Source of the DNA: Penicillus capitatus
Taxonomy: Eukaryota; Plantae; Chlorophyta
Direction of reading: 5' to 3'
Assembly (NCBI GenBank): GCA_965649825.1
Contig: OZ287694.1
Span: 2,509,696-2,573,695 of the forward strand
Length of the DNA: 64,000 nucleotides
Position 1 is the stretch's first letter, and every line of letters begins with the position of its first letter. The notes beneath the pieces are model-generated. The model searched no databases and was not told the origin of the DNA. It was given only the letters and a program-made list of their open reading frames with translations. Made by a program: the position numbers and the translations under genes. Of the stretch, positions 39,834 to 49,414 are shown in pieces.

Positions 39834-39967
39834 TGTCAGAATTCGCTATGAAATAACCTCGAGAAGGAAAGTTTATTAAAAGGCAAAATGTACAAACAAA
39901 CAGTTTCATGGTCCTTTTCACAGTAGTTGTCACATCAATTCGTGGACCATCAAACCATTTTCCGACA
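39834..39967 (-). repeat. 3' LTR of element A
   Basis: Direct repeat of 44916-45050. Confidence 0.95.
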
Positions 39968-40001
39968 TGGGCACAACACCTTCCGCTGTGAATACTCCGA
40001 A
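39968..40001 (-). other. tRNA-iMet 5'-half-like sequence at the PPT position of element A
   Basis: TTCGGAGTATTCACAGCGGAAGGTGTTGTGCCCA directly precedes the 3' LTR; plant iMet 5' half is ATCAGAGTGGCGCAGCGGAAGCGTGGTGGGCCCA. Confidence 0.7.
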
Positions 40002-40003
40002 AG

Positions 40004-43000
40004 TCAGAGATGGTAACGCGTCAGCTGAGAGGAGTGGGCCAATATCGGCGGTTTGCCGAGTCCAGGTCGTCGAATTATCCGCGTCGAATCTGATCTTTGC
40101 TCTTCAACAGTGAACGGACCAATACGTTTAGGTCCGAGCTTCTTCAATGGATGATATTGCCGGCCGTGGCTGATCATGAGAACACGGTCGCCGAGACGAA
40201 GTCCCTTGGATCGTCGCTTGTGTTTCCACTCGAAACGATTCCTTTCATAGGCTTTCGAACCGAGTTGCTTCGTCCGCGCCAGTTCCCAGGCCTGCCTGAC
40301 CTCATCTTCTTGCGCAATCACGCCATTCCTGTCTAATCCTCGCATGAGCATGGACGGAGTCGTGCCGATCGCTGAACTCCATGAATTATTGATGGCATGC
40401 ACAGCTCCGTCGACGACGCCGGGCCATCCTTCAGTCGAACCATTCAGCATCCGCCGCATTCGTTCGCAGAGCGTGCCGATCATGCGCTCAGCAAGGCCTG
40501 CTCCGCGATGATGCTTGGTCGGCGTTCTTCGTGTGTCGATGCCATGTCGGGCTGCCCATCTTCTGAAGGCATCTGAGTTCCAGCTGCGAAGGGTCACTGG
40601 TTCTGCCTCGAGTCATCTGGCGAGGAGTCGCTGCTGGCGCGCCAACCGTCCCTGTGGCGCCACGCCAGCAGAACATCATTGGAGCGCAGGACGAGAGGTG
40701 TGACAGAGGTGTGACGATATGCCTTACGTAATGATGTGACCCTCCTAATCCGGGGTATTTAAACGGAGCTGCCGTGCTGTATCTGTCTAGCTATGTAAAT
40801 AGCCATTGCCGACAGAGTTTCCCTGCGCGGCTCGCCATCCGGTCCGGACTCGGCCATCGGGTCGACGTTCACACCAGCACGAGACGTTGTCTGTGCACAG
40901 CAAGTGGATTCGTCCTCATCGAGACATCCAGGCATCGAGAGCCTTTATTGCGTGTTGGGAGCCAGTACCGGGAGTTCTCATGACTTCAACGTACTTCGTC
41001 GCATCGTCGACTATCACCAGAAGATGCGATCCATCGAAAAAGGGTACGGCATGGTCGGCGACGACCCGTTCTCCGGCGTGCTGGGCAGGCTCTGTGCTCG
41101 GGAGGTCTCTCGTTTGTGAATAAGCGTTGAAAGCACAATTCGGGCATTCGTCGATGTAATTCCGAACGTCCTTCTCCATTCCTTCCCAGCGTTCGTGATC
41201 GAGGAGAAGATTCTGAATAGTCACGCGTGGTCCCCAATGGCCAAAATGGGCGTCTCGAATCCTTTGTTCGATCACGTCAAAAGACGGTCGATCGACGGCG
41301 TGCACCTTAGCATTTGATACACGGGGCTTCTTGTCTTCCGGAGGGTTCATCCTTGACAACTGGTCTGCGACTTGATTTGCATTTCCCGGCAAATAGTCGA
41401 ACGTGCACCAGTTTTCATTTGAGCATAGGTAGTCGAAGACTCGTGCTGCCCTTTTGTCCGAGCAGAACGCTTCAATGCCCTTGTTCAGAGCATCCACGAC
41501 TCCTTTGTTGTCAATGATGACTCTCGTGGGAGTCTCTCCGCGAAAGATCCGTGTGTTCTCCAGTGCCCATTTGACGGTTTTCAGTTCGCCGAGGTATGAG
41601 CTTTGATTCGGGCATGGGTCTTTGGCGGATCCAACTGCAACTGTCACCGGATCCTCTTTGTCCTTGAACGAACGCAAGTGGTATCCGCGGTGCAGACCGC
41701 TTCAATCGACGTACAACTCGTACTCGTCGGCTTCTCTACTAAGGCTCAACCGAACGCCTTGTTCGATGAGCCGCGTCCATACCTTCTTCACCTCTTCGTT
41801 CACTCAACTCCACCACGCTTCTGAGCACAACGCAGAATTTTTCTGCGCACGTATCTTCGCCTCGTTAAGCGGAATTATGAGTTGGCTTAGGCCCACGACA
41901 TGAGAACGACAGAAATTCATTGCCCCCAGAACCCTCTCTAACTGCTTGTAGTGCGAAAAGACAGGCAAGATCGCGGCTTTTGAAGCACAATACCGCTCTA
42001 AGTCAAACATACCACCACCGATGTGAAAACCAAGAAAATCTACTTCGGGAACGGAGACGATGATTTTGTCTTTGTTCAACTTGAGGCCAAACTTAGACAA
42101 ACGCTTGAGTGTAAGATGGAGCAGCCTGTCGTGTTCCTCCTGATCCTTTCCCCCGATTAGCAGGTCATCAGCGTAGACGATCACGTCGAGTCCCATGAGA
42201 ATATCCTTCATTCGCTCGACGAACCATATCGGGCTCCAGTCGATGAGGTACCACTTTCCAGACGTACGTCTCATTAAAAATATTGAACCCAAAAAGCAGA
42301 AACGTTTCATGCTTCAGTCCCACAGAGAAGAAGGCGTCTGTAATATCGAGTTTGCTGAATACACGCCATGAGGAAGGAATCGAACGAATCGTTCTAAGAG
42401 TATCGACGAAGGTGGCTCCAGTAAAGTTGCACATCGCGTTGAGGAGACGGTAGTCATTGAGCGTGCGAATCTTTTTCCCGTCTTTCTTGGGCAGGAAAAA
42501 GATCGGCGACAGGAAGACGCCGTCACTTGCCTTGACTCGCTCAATGAAACCCTTTCTCAAGAAGGATTCTAATTCCTCTCGGATACGGCGTTCGGGGACA
42601 AGATTATCAATGCGAGGCACTGTGCGTTGCCCACCGAAGAAGGGGTCACACTTCAGCCGGCATTCCCTAATGTCCACCCTAAGCGCCTTCATAGCCGGCG
42701 TCATCGAGGATCGATCTCCGGAAAACACAGATGCAAACTCACTATAGATGTCGCCTTTTACGGGAAACACCGACTTCACGGCTACGTCCTTATGTTCAGA
42801 CGGCTCTACTGGTAAAAAAACAGCAAGTCAAACGTCCCGACAACCATAAGTTGCAAACGAAAGAGCGGCCAGGGAGTACCTGTGGTTGTTCGGTCGAGCT
42901 AAAAACTTGAACCCTGATCTGCCCACAGTCAGTTATGGAAATTGTATCCAAAATGCCCTTCTTGTCGAGAGAACATAAAAGAGAAACGCACGACAAGTTT

Positions 43001-43590
43001 CCTTCGACCACCCAGGGGAGATATAAACAGACCCACTCACGACTTGGTAGAAAAACTGTTTTCCCGACAGGTAATTTCGCTAGATTTCTACGGCAAACTG
43101 GGCGTACATTCCGCTCCGTTTCCCAGAGCTGTCGAATGTTTATCCCTTCGGAGTCGCCCCCCTCCGAGGGTTTCCTCAAAAAGACGCGGAGCAGATCATC
43201 GCCCGATCCTTCAAGCGGATCGTAGCTCCAAATACTTCCAACGCAGGTATCCCAATGATAAGTTTATGCGCTGAATCGGGAACGACGAGGAAGGACACCT
43301 GACGCGTCTTCTTGCCAAGCTGAGTCCCAAGCTGGAGTACACCCAGCGTCTTTGTCACAGACCCATTGAAACCGGCCAATCTCTTCGGTTCTCCGACGTC
43401 ATGCCACAAATCACTCTCCTTGAAGCCAAGGTCGATTGCTGTCTTCAGGGACATTATGTTTACCGAACTGCCAGTATCTATCAGTCCTTTGAACTTGAGG
43501 GACTTCCCATGTTTCGACGCGAAATTGAACGATACATGCAGGCGGCGTCCAATCAGTGGGGACTCCTCTTTCCCGATAGAGCAAACAGTC
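40004..43590 (-). pseudogene. pol of element A (protease-RT-RNase H-integrase), several frameshifts and one insertion
   Basis: KFKGLIDTGSSVNIMS; LSPIFFLPKKDGKKIRTLNDYRLLN; FSKLDITDAF; VIVYADDLLIG; YLGELKTVKWAL; HFGH...CPNC; VIVDDATKY; GLAERMIGTL, split across frames. Confidence 0.9.
40618..40918. mobile_element. 301-bp insertion inside the integrase of element A
   Basis: Flanked by tcgagtcatc (40608-40617) and tcgagacatc (40919-40928). It interrupts the integrase core between WMSR and VTLRSWNSDAF. Confidence 0.55.
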
Positions 43591-44916
43591 TTTCGTTCGA
43601 CGGGGTAATCTCCTCCTCGGTTGATCCTTCGTTCTCGAAAACCTCTTCCTCTTCTTCATTGGCCCTGGACGCCGCTGACGTCGATATCTTCTTTTGCGTT
43701 TCCACATCTTTTTCGGATCGACTCAGTTCGGTCGTCTCCGTGAGACTCTCCACCAGTTCCGAGGCAAGCTCCTCTTTCCCATCGTCGTCTCCGTCGAGGA
43801 ACGTTTCTAGGGCATCAATACGCGCCCTTCGACGAGCCACCAGTTGCCGGCGGTGGGCACAAAATCCTTTCTCATTGCATGTCTTGCACGGATGTTGCTG
43901 AAAGCATTCTGAATCATCGTGCTTGTCCGTCTGGCAGACCTTGCAGTATCGGTTTCGCAGCAGTGGTCGATAGGGCTGTCTTAACACTAGCGCCTTTTCA
44001 TTTGACCCCTCTCTGTTCCTGATGTCTTTCTTAATGTCTCCAAGAATGGCCTTCATTCCCGTGAGGTCTTCATCCACTTTGGCTTCGAGTCTTGCAACAC
44101 GATCCTCAATTTTTCTCTCCGTCTTCTTTATCTGTTTACCTGCATCCTCTCTTCTCTCCACCTTCTGCTGGATTTTGGCTTTTTCGACGAACGCCATAAG
44201 GAATGCAAAGAACGCTTTGGTGACAGCTATCGGGAGCACAATTCCGGGTGTACCCAGAACCCAACACGATCCAGACTTCAGCAATGATAACACTTTGTGA
44301 ATGTACAAGACGAGTGCGCATAGGAGCGTCCATCCCAGAACACCTTTTCCTATACCAAGGATGGAGGAGAGCGTCCGGATGACATGATGCCGTTGGCCTG
44401 ATTGTCTGTCTTGTCTCCAACGCCAAGCGGGTCTGTGACAATCGTTTTAACGAACTCCCACGCGTGCCTTATCGTCCTCGCAGAAATTCCACCGGTGAGT
44501 TTTAAACAGCACCAGAGGGTGCCACATCCCTCGACCACGAAAATTTCTTCGTTTCGATCGGCTTCGGGCCAGGAGCCTGTCATCCATTGCCACCATGATC
44601 GACTGTTCTTCTTATCAGAGCTCTTCATTGTCTCTTGCTGCATTTGATGAAGTTGTCTTTGCAATTCATCAATTTGCTCTTCATATCGTTTGTTCTTCTC
44701 GGAGAGTCTAGTTATCTCGCTTCGCAGGTTCTTGTTGTCACGCAACACATCCGTGACCGGAACTCCTGACTCCTCGAACCGCTTCTGCACGTCTTGGTCT
44801 TCGTCAGGGTTTTCTTTCTGCGTAACTGCCGCTTCCGCAGGTAACAATGCCAAGCAGAAAAGTAGCAGCGTCACGCCCATATTTCGCATCCGAGTGTAGC
44901 CTCGCTCCGAAACCAT
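43553..44916 (-). pseudogene. Gag-like ORF1 of element A, in two overlapping frames
   Basis: Signal-peptide-like N-terminus, coiled coil, two hydrophobic segments, CX2CX4HX4C knuckle (CKVCQTDKHDDSEC). A -1 frame change occurs in 44352-44448. Confidence 0.7.
44904..44915 (-). promoter_or_regulatory. Primer-binding site TGGTTTCGGAGC of element A (same PBS at 45261 in C and 49417 in B)
   Basis: Adjacent to the 5' LTR; 10/12 identical to the plant iMet PBS TGGTATCAGAGC. Confidence 0.85.
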
Positions 44917-45050
44917 GTCAGAATTCGCGATGAAATAACCTCGAGAAGGAAAGTTTATTAAAAGGCAAAATGTACAAACAAACAGTTTCATGGTCCTTTT
45001 CACAGTAGTTGTCACATCAATTCGTGGACCATCAAACCCATTTTCCGACA
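44916..45050 (-). repeat. 5' LTR of element A
   Basis: Direct repeat of 39834-39967, followed directly by the PBS. Confidence 0.95.
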
Positions 45051-45092
45051 GATATGCCCTAGCATTAGATCCATCCACTTCCTGCAATGCAC

Positions 45093-47640
45093 TGTCACCA
45101 CAAAGTCGAAGAGAGAAGATGATATCATGACATAAAGCATGACGCAATTATAACGTCATGCTAGAAAACCATATAAGATGGGGTGTTTGATACAATCGAT
45201 ATCTTTTTGAAAACAAACGTCTGCCGAATTTAACCTCTTCGATATTTTCGCGTATCAAAATGGTTTCGGAGCTGCGAACCTCGAAAATCGACCTCGAAAC
45301 GTTTACCTCTATACTCGGTTCCGCGGCACTCGTCGAAGACGATTACCGCCCACGCATCAAACATGTTGTCCAGAAGCTAGAGCCGAGGTCGCCGGCCTTT
45401 GAGCTCTTCAGACAGGCGCTTGAGCGCGTCGAGCCCCATTTCCGCTCGCACGCTACTTTCCAGACGGCATTCGTAGGTGACGACGCAACTGTCCAACAAT
45501 TCTTCGCCGCCCAGGCGGCACCCACGACGGAGAACAAATGGACCATCGTGCGGGGAATAATACTCGCAGCGTGCCTAGTATCCTCGCTGTCAGCTGAAGA
45601 ACAGCTAGCGAGATGCACAAAGGGAAAAGGAGTGACATTGTCAGACTTCGTGGACAAGTACCTTGCCGCCTGTACCGTGTCCACCGCGTCCAGGGAGAAT
45701 CAGGTCAAGACATTGTACCGGAAGCTGCCGGCCAATCTCAAGAAGCTGATGCTTCACCTACCTCCGACGGCAACACCGGCCGATATGCGCATGGTGATGC
45801 GCAACATGAGCTTCTGGGAATCAGGGGCAACAGGAAGGGCTGAACCCGATGAGGATGCCATGGACATTGATCTGAGCATAATTCAAGCGAATGCCGCCAC
45901 GACGGATGGAAGGGTGATCATGAATGACGGGACGATCAATTTTTCCGCTATCACGAACGCAGGCAGAGTCATGGTTGGGGCCGGCGAGATCTGCAAGACA
46001 TCAAGACGCGAAGCACAGAACATGCTAAGGTTCCTTCAGCGAATATGCAACAACCAAGACGGACCAACAAATCAGAGGAGGCCAATGAACCAACTAAGAA
46101 GATGGGGAGGACGCCGCGCATTTGTGGCAGCAGAGGAGATCGCACCCGAAGGAAGCGGGGAACCAGTATGCGAGACGCTGAGTCAGGGAGGAGAAGAAGA
46201 CACCGAGCAAGACATGTCGCGAACCTATGCGGCACAAACGACGGGGAAAGGAAAAGAACAGAAAAAAGTGATGAAGCTTGGACTGGTCTCACAGAGCCAC
46301 CTTGGTTACCCAAGAAAGATCGACACTTTAGTCGATACAGGGGCAGAGTCCTCAATCATGTCCCTTGCGCTAGCCAAGGAACTAGGGGCTAAAATCGTAC
46401 CGGACGGGACGAGACTGCTTCTCGCCCACGGGAAGACGGCATAAGTCACCGGGAAATGCGAAATAGACGTGTCCATCGAGAAGACCACACATCCGACCTT
46501 CCGTCTGGATTGTCTGGTGCTACCGAACCCAGGGTATGATTTGCTCTTGGGGATAGACGCGATGACCAAGAACCAGATCTCGGCGCACCCACACAACAGA
46601 TCGGTAAGCATCAAAGGGCGAAACATCAAATGCCTCTTTGCGGGACCAAGAATGGACAAGGAAGTGAAGAATGGGGTCATCAGACAGGGGGACATTGGGC
46701 AATTAACAGAACGAGTTGAACATCTCCCAGCGATTAAGGGAGATAGGATTCAGGTGCCCTTGAACAAATCAGTAGTCTTGGGACCAAAAGAAAGCCGCAT
46801 GGTGAAGACACCGATCGTCATTCCGAGAACAATGGTGCACCAACGAACGCCATCGTTGCACCTCACTTCTCTGTACACCTGGGTGTACAATACGAGACCT
46901 TCTCGACCCTAACCTTGACTAACCATCGCGAGGAGCCCATTCGTATCACGGGGAAGACGACGATTTTTGAAATCCCCGCACAAACAGGAGAAGCCCAGAT
47001 GATCCGCGATTGCAATGGACAGCGACACCAGCTGCGCGGGACCAGGCAATCTTTTCCCAAGCGGCAGTAGACCAGCAGTCAGGCCTACTGTCGAGAAATC
47101 CGAAAACTGACTGCTGCGGTATGGAACAGCTGCTGATTGAATTCCCAGACGTCATCCGTGAAGGAATTGGGCGTTTTTCGGGTCGGGAGGTCGGCATCGA
47201 CGACGCACAAGGGCAGCTGCACTCAGTTTCTACCAAAGTCCCCTACACATTCGCGGCGGAGACTGCAGCATGTAGAAGGGAAATCGATCAACTAATCGAG
47301 GCCGGGGTTGTACGGAGGTTCCACGGGAAGCCGAAGCACGTCATTCCCTGGTTCTCAGTTGCGAAGAAGGACTCGCTTGAAAGGAGAGTAGTCCTCGACT
47401 TCAGAGGGCTAAACACTCTGACCGCCAGGAGGCCTGCCCTACCAATGCATCGCGAAGGGGCGGTCCAAGGTTTGTCCGGGATGTGCACTTTCGCAAAGTT
47501 CGATTTTAGGCATGGATTCTATCAAATTCCTCTGGCAGCTGACCTCCAGCCGTACTTCGTGACGATTTTCGACAAGCTGAACCTTTCGAGACCTTCTTCG
47601 AACACTATAACAAGTCTTCCGCTGTTATCGTTGGCGCGAC
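45093..47640 (+). mobile_element. Truncated Ty3/Gypsy element C (same family as B)
   Basis: Putative 5' LTR 45093-45257 (TGTCA...TCA; unverified, no 3' copy), PBS at 45261. ORF 45260-46444 holds gag (AMDID) + protease (LVDTGAESS), with a premature TAA at 46442. RT N-terminal part (IPWFSVAKKD, VLDFRGLN, KFDFRHGFYQ) then breaks off. Confidence 0.85.
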
Positions 47641-49172
47641 ACTTCCGCGGTGACAGACAGTACGGGCACAAGTAGGTATTTATAAGTCCTCGATCGAATA
47701 GCAAGGCAGCTAGTGACAGCTGGTTCGCTAAGAATTGACAAAGAGGTGAGAATTCATACCGGGTAAACGATTGCATCCATCAGGGGTAGACAAAACGTTC
47801 CCATCCTAGGAGGCGCACTTGTAAGGAGAGGTCGATGTTGTTCCATTGGCGGCTTGTAAGACAGCGGACGTAAGTTTGCGCTTGCGATCGGAAGCGTCTG
47901 CGTCCAGATGGCGAGTTAATTAACTGGGTGTAGACCGTGTGCGGCGGTAGATTCCTGATGTACTTGTTGGCGGAACATTGGAGTCTGGTGTCTCCATCCG
48001 AGAGTCTCCGTCAGGAGGTTTGTTGGTATCATTGATTGGTCGACCAAATGATGGGCGGAACGTCGTGTCATACATACGACAGTAGTGGCCAAGTCCGTAG
48101 AGTAAAATGCCACCATTGTCGAAGATCTTCTGCAGAATCGATTGATTAGCGAATAGACGTACGCTGCGGGACGGGACTAGAGTGTCAGTGGTACGACATC
48201 TTCGTTGGAGGCGTTGGACATGGATCGTTGCTGTCTGAATCTCTGCGTCTGACATGTGGACTAGCGAGGCGCTCTGGAAGCGGAATTCGGTAAGGATCTC
48301 TTCATCGGACAAGCTCAGATAGACTCCTTCTATGACTATGGACGGTCCTGGAGGTGTCGTTGGGGCAACGCCTATGGTCCAAGTGCCGTGGGATTCGAGC
48401 TCGAGAGGCGGACAAGAGGCAGCCACGATGGCTTGTTTGGCAGCTTCACTGAGTTTTAGTTTCCAACCGCCGCGAGGCAAGCGGTTTAAGAATTCAATAT
48501 GGTCATCCAGGGCAGCTGGGAGCTCAAGGCGTTGAATGAAAAAGCGAGTAAGTAAGCGCCTGAAGGATGGGTTTGGAATCGATTCTTGGCGTAGTAGGTC
48601 GGCCTGAGGAGTCAAGAAGCACTGCCTTGAGATGTCTGGTTGGAATGGTCTCAGAAGACGAAGTCTTTGAAGGGCAGACCGTTTTTCAGCCGAGAAATTT
48701 GAGTTGGCGATCTCGGGAGATCGTCAGGCCGTTCGATGGGAGGGTTCGTAGCTCTTGAAGTCCGGTCAGCGCCTTCTCGTGCCTTCTCCGCGTAGGTCGG
48801 CGGGCGGAGTACGGGTCCAGATGCCGGCCAAACCGTAGGGGCGCGTTGCAGGGCTTCGGAAATTCCGACAAAGAGGCGGTCCAATCTGGCTGCAACAATT
48901 TGGCAACGCATGTCTTCTAGATCGTCATCTGCGGCTCCTTGTGCATAAGTCGGCATTTACTGGTACGTCTTCTGTCGTCGGCGGAAGAAGTCGACGAACT
49001 CTGTCCATGGATGTTGGCCTGTAATGTCTGGGTCCTCCGCGATTGTGGCTTCCGTCGGAGTCCTCCGCGGGATTCGGTGCGCATCGCAAGTGCGTTTTCC
49101 TCCCGGCTCGGGGGGAAGGTCGGATTCGGTGTTCCGAGTAGAGGTGGATGGTCGATGTGACATGAACTCCTA
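47640..49172 (-). mobile_element. Internally deleted non-LTR (LINE-like) retrotransposon remnant
   Basis: ORF1-like PPTYAEKAR, SIVIEGVYLSLSDEEIL, VQRLQRR...PSRSVRL, followed by ORF2-C-terminus-like FLANQLSLAALLFDRGLINTYLCPYC. No RT core is left. Confidence 0.6.
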
Positions 49173-49176
49173 CTAG

Positions 49177-49414
49177 TGTCATGATGATGAAGAGCTGAAG
49201 GATGATGGTCCAATAAATGCCTCATCATCGTAAGAGGCACTGATGGCCAAACAGCTCTTAATGGCCACGTCACATCAGAACCTACCCGGCACCTACCCGG
49301 CACCTACTCAGCACCTATGAAACCCAACACTATAAAAAGGGGATTATTGTCACATTGATTATCTTTGTAAGAAACTTTGTTGCGTCTACCACCGTCACGT
49401 ATTTGCCCATGTCA
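49177..49414 (+). repeat. 5' LTR of element B
   Basis: Contains 11-bp acctacccggc repeats, TATA-like ctataaaaagg and TGTAA. Confidence 0.95.

Larger units (their letters stand above)
39834..45050 (-). mobile_element. Ty3/Gypsy LTR retrotransposon A (full structure, coding region decayed)
   Basis: LTRs 39834-39967 and 44916-45050 (134/135 bp, 1 substitution + 1 indel), TG...CA ends, 5-bp TSD GATAT, PBS at 44904-44915. Domain order PR (LIDTGS), RT (YADD), RH, IN (HHCC, DDE). Confidence 0.95.

Noticed and set aside
40004-40100. Chromodomain at the integrase C-terminus (chromovirus)
   Set aside because: The integrase of A ends at HSSQLTRYHL with no room for a chromodomain; the end of B is too decayed to judge.
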